Source of the DNA: Podarcis pityusensis
Taxonomy: Eukaryota
Length of the DNA: 64,000 nucleotides
Assembly (NCBI GenBank): GCA_964106645.2
Contig: OZ067047.1
Reading direction: 5' to 3' (one strand)
The notes beneath the pieces were generated by a model. It ran no database searches. It was not told the origin of the DNA and saw only the letters and a list, made by a program, of their open reading frames with translations. Made by a program: the position numbers and the translations under genes. This document shows, piece by piece, positions 50,401 through 61,136 of this stretch (position 1 is the first letter of the stretch; each line of letters opens with the position of its first letter).

Positions 50401-53400
50401 CCATCATGGAATCCCCACCTTGGGTTCCTCTTGGCATTTGTGTGGGAGGCCCAAATAATGAGGCTGGTAGCTGCTGCTGCATTCTCTGACCAGGGCCTTT
50501 TCCTGGTTGTCGCATATATCCTGAGGGTGGAGCTCCATGAGGTAGGAAATTGGATTGCTCAGTCCACTGATTAGGTGGCAAAGGTGGTCTCAGTACCTGA
50601 GGGTCCATCATGTGGCTCAACGCACGAGGCGGACCCACTGAGGGTCGCTTGTCTACTCCCAAGGTCATCTGGTTTACTGTATCATGGCTTCCATTCCACA
50701 CAGCAGGATGTGCACGGTTTAGGTACTTATAGGGCCTGTAGACATGTCCAGGGGGAACCTCTGAGGTCTCTGTTTGTCTTGTAGGGGGTCCATTGTGCCT
50801 TGGAGAAGGGAATCCTTGCTGAAATTGTGCAGGGGAATACATACTGGCATCTGAGGGAGGACCTGTCATCCGACCAAGCTGAAGGGATCCAGGCTGTGGT
50901 CCTATTGTGGAGACGTGCATTGGTCCTGCACATACCTGCTTCTCTGGAGCAGGAAGCCGATGTCCTCTGGGATCATTCAATCCAACTGTAGGCTGCGGAA
51001 GGAAACATAGGGAAATGAGGCAGGTTCAATGTGGACATAGGAAAATCAAAGTCATTAGTAACAGATATATAACAGCAAGAATCGAGACTACACTTTAACC
51101 AAGAATCTAGAACATTATTATTATTATTATTATTATACTACCCCTCCATCCGTAGATCTCAGGGCAGTTCACAACATAAAAATACAATATTAAAAAAAAA
51201 ACATAATAAAAACAAGAACACCCTCACTCCCTCCCACAACACATTTAAAAAGGTATCAGATTGATTACGTTCTCCTGGCACCTAAAGGTGTATAATGAAG
51301 CTGCAAGCTGAGCCTTCCTGGGGAGAGAATTTCACAAATGGGGAGCCTCCACAGAGAAGTCTGTTTTCATGTTACCACCCTCTGAACATCTTGCGGAGGA
51401 GGCACATGAAGAAGATTATCATAGGATCTGAGTAAGTTCATCTGGAGAGAGGTGATCCTTGAGGAATTGCAGTCCTGAACCATTTAAGGCATTATAGGTC
51501 AACACCAACACTTTGAATTGTGCCCAGAAACTCACTGACAGCCAGCACAGTTGGGCCAGGATTGACACTATATGCTCAAACCATGTTGCTCCAGTGAGCA
51601 GCCTGGCTGCTGAATTCTGCACCAAGTTTCTGAACCATCTTCGGAGACAGCCCTATATATAGTACATTGCAGTTATCTAATCTAGAGGTTACCAGAGCAT
51701 AGAAACAATAGATGTTAGGTTATCCCTGCACAGATATGGGCACAGATGGTCCACCAGCTGACGCTGATGGAAGGTACTCTGCATCACTGAGGCCGCCTGA
51801 GGCTCAAGTGACAGCAAAAGATCCAGGAGTACCCCCAACCTGCCCCAATAGCAATAGTAATAAGACCATGAATAAGTAATTGTTTGTAATCTGTAAGACA
51901 GAATCAAGGTTTCCTTACTGCAGACTTGCATGCAGTTCTTAAATATGCAGGTGGCAGCTCCTTTCAGATTATGTTTCCTACCTGCATGACAAAGTGCTGA
52001 TGCTGCTGACCTGGCTCACCAGGGTGTGGTTCTGGTACTCGTGGTGACCCATATGGTTTTGCTGGATCAGACCCATGCAAAGAGCCAAATGGTCCTGGCA
52101 CTGCTGGTCTCTGTACAGGAAAACAAAAGTCACCTATGCAACTTTGTAGGAGATGGAATTTCTACAGTCACAAACTTAAGTCATTTCAGATTGAGGAGCC
52201 ACCTTTCACTTTAAACTGCAAGATGGGACCAGGGAGACCCAGATTCATTACCTCACTCAGCTATGATGTTTTTGAAGTGACACTGAACCAATCACCCATT
52301 CTTAGCCAACAGAGCTGCATTGGTGAGGATTTTTTAGAGAGAAAATTAAGAATGCTGCCCTTGAGGGATGGATGGGTAATGAAATAAATAATTACATTTT
52401 TAACAAAGCTAGTGTCATTGTTTCACAACAGCTTTCTAATCAGTTTTTCATAATTGGTATAAGTACCAATCTGTTTATTAATATCTTCTTTGTTGTTACC
52501 ATAACATTAATGCCCTTAAAAGATTTTGCAAATTATTTGACCACTCCGTTAATCAAATCTTCTTCTTCTTCTTCTACTACTACTACTACTAGTAGTAGTA
52601 GTAGTAAAATGCTCATTCTTAGTCAAGACCCATCCACTGAATATCAATGCACTAGTGAAGCTGATAAATTCACCAGTTAGGAGAACGAAATATGCCTGTG
52701 AGAGGAAGAGCATCCGTTTCTACTTCCTGCCTAGCCTCTTGTTTGTTCTCCTGGGAGGTAAATCTGATAGATAAATCATGTCACTGCCTCTGATTCTCCA
52801 CAGATGCATCACAGCAGAAGCACACAGGCTGCACACAGCACTCCAACAATCAAATTCACAAATGCTGGCAATTCTAATAAGAACAGTATTTTCACCACTT
52901 CCTACCCCTTTCCCTCCCGCGATTTTAAATGGCAATAACCCAGCTTTCCCCTACTAAGCATGTACAGCAGATGCGGTCTGCAGCAGCTTTGCTGCAAACC
53001 TGGGAAGTCAAATGCAAATGTGAAATTTAACTAGCACAGCTATAAAACTCTGGAATTGTCTCTCTGGAACAGTTTTGAAAGAAACAAATCCTACTGTGGT
53101 TGAGTCAGGGCCAAGCAATTTTATGAATCCAACTTTAAGGTTATTTATTCCTGGGAACACTTGGTCGCTTTTGCTGAGGGTGTGATTGATTGCCACATTT
53201 GAGGTTGGGTAGGAAATTCCTCCCCCATCATATTAACCATTGACCCAGGAAAATCATTAGGGAGAGGCTGGGAAGTGTGCACTCTCCCTTGCTTGCGGAA
53301 CCATCCGGAGCAAAATGCTCCATTGCCAAACTTTTGAATATACCACCTCTCTGACAGTGAGCATAATAATGCCTGTGAAGTGAGACTAAGAGGGAAGATG

Positions 53401-56400
53401 GCTGCACTAGATTTTTTCTTTCTTTTTCAAATTCTGATTCTATTAGTAGAAATTCAGACTTTCTTTGTAGTTAATTTTTTAAAAAAGTGGTTACATGGAA
53501 AACAATCCTTCCACACCTTTTATCTTCCAGACAAGGTCTAGCACACACACACACACACACACACCCCACATCTGGGTTCGTTCATGTCCAGTGTAAACTG
53601 CACCAAGAAGGAAGGAATAGGGGAAGGAAAGAAAACATGAAGTTTGTTATAAAAAGGGAAAGAGGTGTGTATTAGCTTGGATACTTAATGCTACTTCCTC
53701 CCATTTGCTGGTGTTCCTTTTGTAATTCCCGCCAAATAATATTTTTTCCAGTTGGTCCACTGGAGTGGGACTCACCATCTGCCCTGGATGGGATACACGG
53801 TTGGGCATTCCACCATAGCTATGTGAGCTCAGGAAACCTCGGCCATTGGAAGAGGCCACTTCTCCAGAGGGATGAAGAGAACTACTACTTGGACCCTCGG
53901 CAGAGAAGAAGGAAGAAGAGGAAGAAGTAGGCACTCTATGTTTCGCCTTGTGAGGTGGAAGTTTTCCTCCATTTTGCACATGCTGTTGTCTCTTTCCAGG
54001 TCCTTCAGAGTCTCTGGATCGAGTCCAAACATTCCCTGTGCTGGAACGTATAGTCCGACGGCTTCTTTTCTCTCGCTTCCCATCTTCTCTGATCCAGAAC
54101 TCATCATCTGTGTCCCCATCTTCTCCAGGGAAGTGCTTCATCATTGCCCGGTGGAAGCATCTTTCTAAGTTATAAGCCATTTTAGTGTATTCTGTGTTGA
54201 AAGAAGCAAATCAAAGAAAGTGAGTTTTATGGGTAGTTACATTTTTCCTCTGCTGAGAACTGCCCTTGGAATGTAGGTTATTCTCTCTCTCTGCTTTTAC
54301 TATGTTTTTAAAAAGGAAATAAAATACAATCAGAGCTGGAAAACTAGAAGCTATAACATGGATTTCAATGCATCCCTTCAGTAACATTCCTTATTTTAAA
54401 TTATCAATATAATGCAAACTGTAATACAGACAGATGCCTCTGTGGTGTGTTTATTAAACACATACAGTGGTACCTCTGGTTACGAACTTAATTCATTCCG
54501 GAGGTTCGTTCTTAACCTGAAGCAGTTCTTAACCTGAGGTACCACTTTAGCTAATGGGGCCTCCCGCTGCTGATGCGCAATTTCTGTTCTCATCCTGAGG
54601 TAAAGTTCTTAACCCGAGGTACTACTTCCGGGTTAGCGGAGTCTTTAAACCAAAGTGTTTGTAACCCGAGGTGTTTGTAACCCGATGTACCACTGTAATG
54701 GGATGACTCCAGTTTCACATATCAAGTCTTGCATTGGGCATAAATGGTCTTAAAAATGAGTTAAAGTAAGTGTTCTGTTTGTTTCAGAAATGTGTGCAAC
54801 TGGTAGACCCAAGTAAAAGAATGGAATTCAGCAGTGCCCCATGTCTGTCAGCTTGCCAGAAGGAATGATTCGTCCTTCCATGTGCTGTTCTGGTGTTCTC
54901 CTAATACTCCCCAAGTCAACTGGGGGGCAGGGGGCAGTGTGAGGGGAAACCCTCAGACACAAGCAGAAGTCCTTGTGAAGGGCTTCCACCGACAGGGCTC
55001 TTTGAGTGAATACCATCCACAATATTTTAGTAAATGATTCGTAATGTTGCCCAATAGTGTAAGGTCACCCAAATTCAGAAGACCACACTCATCTTTTTCT
55101 CTCTTTTTTAGTGTGCAGCTGCTACACAGAGCTTAATACAGAAATGCTAGCCACACAACTGGAACTCTGTACATGAAGGAACTATGCTTCAACTATATGC
55201 ACATGACAATCCTACGGATTATGTCAACAGTTAAGCACATTTCTCTGGGCTTTGTGTACTGTTACATTTTGTGTCTGTGGGGAATCCAGCCTCTTTAACA
55301 AGGTTAGGATTCTGAGAGCCACTACTTTTTGAAAGATGATGCCTCTGGTCTAACAGTAGCACAGACTAGCATGAGGACATAAAGACTGTGGTCTGAAAGA
55401 AGATCATAAAAAGAGCAGTTTTTCCTAATGCCAGCTGATATAAATTCAGCTGACAGCACAGTTCCCAATCCTTTCCCTATAACTAACACTCCATGTTCCC
55501 CTGCTTATACAAGCTTATTAACTTTCTGCCACTCTAGTCCATGCTGCATAGTTGAATTAAATAATAATAATCTGACTCCTGCAAGCAGAATAGACTCTGC
55601 CAATTACACTGTTGTTGGCATCCATCCGTCTTGAGAGACAATGGAGTGCACCTCCTCTCTGGTGAGCAAGCCTGGGCAGTATGTATGGAGATCCTGGGCT
55701 ACCCAGACAACAATACCCCACTCTCAGCCCTGCTGATGTGGTCCAAAGGAAAGAAGAGCAATACTTTAGGCACCAGCTTGGCTGCAGGAGTTGCTGGAAG
55801 GAGACATACAAGATTCCATCCAACAATCTTAGGAACTGGAATTGTGTCAGATTTACTCCTTAGTCTTTTCTTCTCCTGAAGATGTCCCATAAACCAATTT
55901 GTACATATTTTTCCTCAGCGTTTACTCCAGAAGCCTTTCATGTGAATGAATATAGCCACAAGGCACATTTATTTAATTTTTCAAATGTTTGTAGTGAATT
56001 AAGAATTACGGGCTTAACCTCTTCATCCATTTCCTGTCCAATCCAGCTATGGGAGGCTAGAAAAGACTTGGGCTGTTTTCCATGTATATGTACACAATAA
56101 ATAGAACTCAGGTTCCAAATTCTTACCACTATTTTCACCGTTGTATTTAAGGCAGTTCCTGAACATGGTCTTCATGTCACCCACAAATTCCTCCTTGGTG
56201 TAGTATTGGCCTCCATTTAGCTTCTTCTCCATGCTAGATATATCCATGGGAGCCTGAAAAATACCCCAGTTTGCTTCAGGCTTACAGACCTTGAAAGCTA
56301 CAATCATCCTTTAAAAAGATGTATTCTTATTCTGCCTGCTAAATTATGCAGATTCCATTGCATCAACTATAACACAATGTTCAGAATGCAAAAAAGGGCT

Positions 56401-59400
56401 TCATACTGCTTACCTTAACAATTTGGTAGTAATTTGGGGCATAGGATTCATCAACTGGCTCCAGGAATGGCCAGGAGTCCTTGTGAGCCTTCACTACATC
56501 GAGAACTGTCAGCAGCAAAAAGATGATAAACTGTTACACATACAAATGGATGCTAATACTTTAAAAACCAACCAACCTGAAAAGCTAGTGTCTGGAGTGG
56601 GGACTGACCTTTGTACATGGCAGTGAACTCATCATCCAATTCAAAACTGCAAAGAGGAAATGTAAAATTAATGCAAAGTTTCTCCAGCCTCATTTCCTCC
56701 CCAACTCTGTCTCTGGTATGTTATCCTTATCACTTAACGTTCAACTCCAGCAATTGCAATGCTTTCCAAGGCCTGCATTCACACTCTTTTTAATGCCACA
56801 GAATATAATTCCTCCATAGCCTTTTCTCCGGCCATCAACATTAACAGTGACAATCAATTGTTTTGGGTGTGATTGTTTTTCTGTATTTATAGGCCACTCA
56901 CTGCAATTTACTTACAGGTCCTTGGTCTTCCTCTCCTCCCTAGCAGGTGAACTGGGATCCAAGTGAGAAAGCTCTGGGGGAAGTTCCTTTCCCTGGGCAA
57001 GCAGCCATGCCCGCTCTTCTCGGAGCTTCCTTCTCTTGGCTCGTTCTGCAGATAGGGAAGAAAAACTGTTACGTTCTTGAGAAGTTTTCTTGCACAATGC
57101 CCAGGGTTTCTTTTTTTAAAAAAATAATCTTTATTGCTTTTAAAACATACAAGAAAAGAAAAAAAAAGAAAATAGGCGAGAGAGAAAAACAAAATAAAGC
57201 AGAGAAGAAAAAAAGAGAGAGAGAAGAAAAAGCAATACAATAAACAATACAAAACACAACCTTAACATACTAAACTAAACTAAACAAAACAACAACAATT
57301 TAAAAACATATACCATACCATTTCATTACTCTAGCTTTCATTCCCTTATTTCATCGACCTCCTCTCACCTCCCTTTTTGTATTCCACTTCTATTACTTGT
57401 TTCAGCAATTCCTTTCCACCTTTCTCTATTTTTATCATTATGAATATCTTAACATATTTTGTACCTTATTTTCCATTAATACTAAAATACTTATTTATAC
57501 CTAACTCCTTATAACATTTCTGCTAAAGCCATAAAGTTTCATTCCAACAATTTTCTAACACTCATTAAATTTACAATATTTCTATATATAAACTTTAAAC
57601 TTTCCCAATCTTCTACCACCATCTCTTCTCCCTGGTCTCGGATTCTGCCAGTCATTTCCGTCCATTCCATATAGTTCATCAACCTGGAGATCTTCTGTCC
57701 GAGGCTCTTAAGTCTTTTCCAAGTCCCTTCTGCAGTTTTTCTTCATATTCTTTGATGCTGAAGATGCTGAAGCACAAGTCTTGGGGGGGGGGCCCAACCC
57801 AACCATGCCCCCATTCCCTCTTGACAGACCAACCAACTCTCCACAGCTAAAACCAATGTCCATACAATATCTCAAACCATGTTTCAAGGCTCCTCCAGAT
57901 CCAAAGGCCCCCACAACTCCAGTCACCTCCTGACCCAGATTCAGGACCCAAAGGTCAGTAAATCTTTGCATGACAGAGTCTATCCAACCTTCCTTCTTCA
58001 ATCCAAGCAGGGCTCCAATCTTCAAATTCTGACTTTTTCTATATTCATTCATAAAAGGCATCCACTTATAGTCCTCAATTTGCCTCTGTAGGACTGGGGA
58101 TTCCACTTGTATTATTTTAGATTCAACAACACCAACATTCTCCTTTGTCTTCTCCCCAGTTTGTCCTGTCAAGGTAGGTTCCTGTGTCAGATCCTGGACA
58201 ATTTCTGTATTAATGGTCACTTTTTGTTCCAAATTAATCACTTTTTGTCCCAAGTTCTCAAGTTTGGTATTCATAGTGTCCGTCTTCTTGTGGAGCTGTT
58301 CCAACGAGTAGCTTATCTTACATAATACAGTCACTAAGGCTCCTTCTGTCAACATTCTTAAAATCCAAGGTCAATTTCTATTTCACACAGTTCTTATCTT
58401 GCAGCTGGAGAAACCCCAGCTCCACTCTTGTAACAGTTTCAAAAGCTCCCTCTAGAGGGAAACAGTCTCCACTTGTATCAATCCTTTCAAACACAATTTA
58501 AACTATAAAGTTAATTTCAGTTTTCAGTTACTTTTCCTACTTTTTAAACGCAGATGAGGACAATGGAAACAATATATTTCTCTTATTTAGCTAGCTGTCA
58601 AAAAAGTCACTCTTTCTGTCAGCCCGTTTCCAGGTTCGGAGCAGTGGTAATTTGGTTTTTCACTCTCTCCTGCAGGCTCACTAGGTCCAAAATTTCCCCC
58701 CTCTTCTCCTGCTTCCAAGGGGGGTTTGATAGTTTTGACCGATGGAGATTTAGTCCTTTGCAAAAATAAACTTTCCAAGGCTTTAACTTGCAACTTCTTT
58801 GCTTCAATCTGTTTACAAAAAAGGAAGGCGGACTTCCTGTTTAGAACCTTCCCGTTTCGATGCCAAATTAATGAATTTAAGGATCTAATTTTCCGTTCTA
58901 CTCACGGGTAGTTGTTTAAAATCCAATTGTCCACAGGAAAAAGTCAGCGCTCTCCGGCAACAGCGATGCGGCTTCACTCCGTGAAAGAAGCAGTCAGTTC
59001 GAAGCACCGCGCCACTCACCCCACTTCGCTCCGGATCCCCAAATCAGGGTTTCCCCGCGAGTAGGGGAGGCGCAAAGGGTGCCAGCCGAATCCCAAGTTC
59101 ACAGGCTTCTCCCACCTGTGATTTCAGTGGGTCTCCGCCTTCGCCGTGGCGGTCAGACCCTAATTTCCGCGGAGCAAATTCCTCCTGATCGGAGGAACTC
59201 CGCCATTGCCTGGAGGCGCCAACCCGGAAGTCCCAATGCCCAGGGTTTCAGGAGGTCATTCACACTCCTGTGTGTGACCAGTGGAATTAACATGGGGTTG
59301 CAGCAACTCCTCTTTGAGGAAAGGTTATAATGTTTGGACCTTTTTAGTTTAGAAAAGGTGAGAAAGTGAGGATATGATAAAGGTGTATAAAATTATGTGT

Positions 59401-59924
59401 GGTGCAGAGGAAGTAGGTAGAAAGATGTTTTGCTCTCTCTAATATTAGAACTGGAGTCATTCAACGAAACTAAATGGTTAGGGATTTGTGAAATACAAAA
59501 ACGTACTTCTTTATGCACTGCATGAAATTCACTGCCACAAAATGTAGAGATTAGACAAATACAAGCAGAATAAGGATATCAATGAAGCTACGAGCCATGA
59601 TGACTATATTACTTCTGTCAGACTAAGACAAGCAATCATTGCCATTAAACAACTAAACAGAGTGACATGCTGGTGTACAATGCTTGTGAAGTGAATATCA
59701 TGCATATAAAAATAAACTGTAGACCAAGAGCAACTAAAAAAACCTTCCGTAAAGCTGATCCGCCTACCTTCCACTGCCTTGACTTTCTCCTCCATTTCTC
59801 GTTTCCTTTCCTCCTTCAACATTTGTTCTTGCTCCTTCTTCTGAACTGCCAGAAGGATTTGACGTTCCTCCTCCTCTTCCCGTCGTCTCTGCTTCTCCAT
59901 TCTGCTGAGCGCCACAGGAGTCAC
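44840..59924 (-). CDS. CECR2: CECR2 bromodomain chromatin-remodelling factor, 3' partial CDS: complement(join(44840..44845,46532..46637,47961..49368,50185..50992,51982..52110,53776..54191,56127..56253,56414..56505,56609..56646,56916..57045,59768..59924))
   Basis: 3417 nt, in frame across 11 GT-AG exons (1138 aa + stop); bromodomain [34 protein letters not shown]...NCLKYNG; C-terminus PALPLDQS; synteny. Confidence 0.96.
45100..45620 (-). mobile_element. L2 LINE fragment
   Basis: tttatttatt tail, ...aggtgtttcttaaggtatcttagacc...; degraded, resembles the other L2 copies. Confidence 0.55.
45848..45864 (+). promoter_or_regulatory. CTCF motif TGGCCACCAGGTGGCAC
   Basis: Full match to the CCASYAGRKGGCRS core with TGG prefix. 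Confidence 0.6.
46532..46637 (-). CDS. CECR2: CECR2 penultimate exon ([35 protein letters not shown])
   Basis: ttccag| ... |gtaagt; 106 nt. Confidence 0.92.
46743..46991. mobile_element. hAT (Charlie-like) MITE
   Basis: Imperfect TIR catgggtaggcaaact / agtttgctgacccctg; internal ccggccc repeats. Confidence 0.75.
47387..47420. repeat. (AATC)n microsatellite
   Basis: Read directly from sequence. Confidence 0.95.
47886..47951. repeat. 33-bp tandem duplication next to a CECR2 donor
   Basis: cattcttc(c/t)cccacctcattgtcccatgaagaa x2, one mismatch. Confidence 0.9.
47961..49368 (-). CDS. CECR2: CECR2 large exon (1408 nt, Pro/Ser/Gln-rich; [22 protein letters not shown])
   Basis: gcacag| ... |gtaaga; lies in the 470-aa ORF. 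Confidence 0.95.
50185..50992 (-). CDS. CECR2: CECR2 exon (808 nt; [27 protein letters not shown])
   Basis: ccgcag| ... |gtaatt. Confidence 0.95.
51114..51850 (-). mobile_element. L2 LINE 3' fragment with (ATT)n tail
   Basis: ORF piece [44 protein letters not shown] is a typical L2 RT C-terminus. Confidence 0.85.
51982..52110 (-). CDS. CECR2: CECR2 exon ([43 protein letters not shown])
   Basis: gtacag| ... |gtagga; 129 nt, phase 0/0. Confidence 0.92.
52558..52606. repeat. Compound (TCT)n(ACT)n(AGT)n microsatellite containing a 32-bp palindrome
   Basis: 52575-52590 is the exact reverse complement of 52591-52606. Confidence 0.9.
53776..54191 (-). CDS. CECR2: CECR2 exon ([33 protein letters not shown]...)
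   Basis: acacag| ... |gtgagt; 416 nt; end of bromodomain. Confidence 0.95.
54465..54695. mobile_element. Tigger-like MITE
   Basis: TA|CAGTGGTAC ... GTACCACTG|TA. Confidence 0.85.
56127..56253 (-). CDS. CECR2: CECR2 bromodomain exon ([42 protein letters not shown])
   Basis: tttcag| ... |gtaaga; 127 nt; conserved acetyl-lysine-binding Asn (YN). Confidence 0.97.
56414..56505 (-). CDS. CECR2: CECR2 bromodomain exon ([30 protein letters not shown])
   Basis: tgacag| ... |gtaagc; 92 nt; WPF shelf. Confidence 0.97.
56609..56646 (-). CDS. CECR2: CECR2 38-nt exon ([12 protein letters not shown])
   Basis: ttgcag| ... |gtcagt; phases fit both neighbours. Confidence 0.93.
56916..57045 (-). CDS. CECR2: CECR2 exon ([42 protein letters not shown])
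   Basis: ctgcag| ... |gtaagt; 130 nt. Confidence 0.96.
57111..59233 (-). mobile_element. Complete non-autonomous, internally deleted L1 derivative (HAL1-like), ~2.1 kb
   Basis: 16-bp TSD caatgcccagggtttc at 57095-57110 and 59234-59249; CpG-rich 5' end; ORF1-like 215-aa frame; ORF2 tip; AATAAA and A-tail. Confidence 0.85.
57708..58355 (-). CDS. L1 ORF1p-like protein (coiled coil + degenerate RRM start) inside the element
   Basis: Heptads [29 protein letters not shown]; [17 protein letters not shown] resembles the ORF1p RRxNLRIxGLPE motif. Confidence 0.55.
   Translation of the reverse strand: MLTEGALVTVLCKISYSLEQLHKKTDTMNTKLENLGQKVINLEQKVTINTEIVQDLTQEPTLTGQTGEKTKENVGVVESKIIQVESPVLQRQIEDYKWMPFMNEYRKSQNLKIGALLGLKKEGWIDSVMQRFTDLWVLNLGQEVTGVVGAFGSGGALKHGLRYCMDIGFSCGELVGLSRGNGGMVGLGPPPKTCASASSASKNMKKNCRRDLEKT
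59768..59924 (-). CDS. CECR2: CECR2 exon ([52 protein letters not shown])
   Basis: ctgcag| ... |gtaggc; 157 nt. Confidence 0.96.
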
Positions 59925-61086
59925 CTGCAGAAAGAAACACAACTATTTACTTATTATTTATTATATTTATATCCCATAATTTATGTTAGGTAGGTCAGAC
60001 TGAGATACAGTGACTTGCCAAATGTTAACCAGTGAGCTTCAAGGTTGAGTGGAACTTTGAAGACCAGCATCCACAGCCCTAGTCTAACTCTCTATCCATT
60101 ACGGCACACTGGGTTTCGGCTTATGATTGCCTTACGTGAAATTATTGCAATAGCTGATATACCTTTGAAGCCCTTTTATAGCCTTTAGAAACAGACTTGA
60201 CTCTGAATGAGAAATTGGATCATTTGTACATTTTTAAAACAAGATATCATCATAGGAAAGCACCTCCCTGTAATTTTTCTCTTGGTCTTATAAATGTACA
60301 TCCACGTGATTAAATCAAGGCATAACTGCAGGAAATGTATTGTTTGTTTTCAATGACTGCATTTCACATGTATGCAGCTTGGTTTCAGCACATACAACCA
60401 CATTTATAAGAATGAATAGTCAGGGAAGGAACATGTGATAATTGCAAAAGGTGCATTAGATGCGCACACACTGTCACATAATGTATGAAATGGGAAAATA
60501 AAGCTATTCTTTACAATGCCATTGCTGCAGCAAAGAAGAACCAACTGGGAAGTTATGAGAGGGCAGACTCTGCCACCAAAAATCTCTACAGTCTACATTT
60601 AGAATGTTCTGAAGATGCAGGCTTTTCTATTTGTATGCTGAAACAGTGAACACAGAAAGCATATATGTGGAACTGAATATTGCATCAGGGATAGGTTCAG
60701 AAAGTACTATAAAAATCCAACACTGAACAACTGGGGCTTAGAACAATGCTCAACACAGACGAGTACCTTTCAGGGACCAGTATTACAGATATTTACAATA
60801 GCACAAACTACCCCAATCCCAAGCATGAGTGCCTCTTTACCCGGGCAATCTTTTTTGGGGGAGCACATTGCCAGAATCTTGTTCAGAGTATGTAAATTAT
60901 CTGATTGCCTTAAAAGAGCCACTTTATAAGAAGGTAACCATACCATAAGTTTTAGGATGGTTTTTTATCTTCTTTTGGAAAGCGCTTTGCCAAGAAAAGG
61001 GATTGGATCACATTTTTACAGCAAAAGGTATCTCCCCCCCCCCCCCGCAATGTGTTGAACTTTCACAGAATGCTTCATGTACCTTT

Positions 61087-61091
<5 letters not shown>

Positions 61092-61133
<42 letters not shown>
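61092..61133. repeat. (TA)n microsatellite
   Basis: Read directly from sequence. Confidence 0.95.

Positions 61134-61136
<3 letters not shown>

Noticed and set aside
48213-50991. Many overlapping ORFs on both strands
   Set aside because: Shadows of the GC-rich, Pro-rich CECR2 exons
55610-55890. GC-richer stretch with several ORFs in a CECR2 intron
   Set aside because: Resembles a lizard interspersed repeat; I could not assign the family or find exon signals
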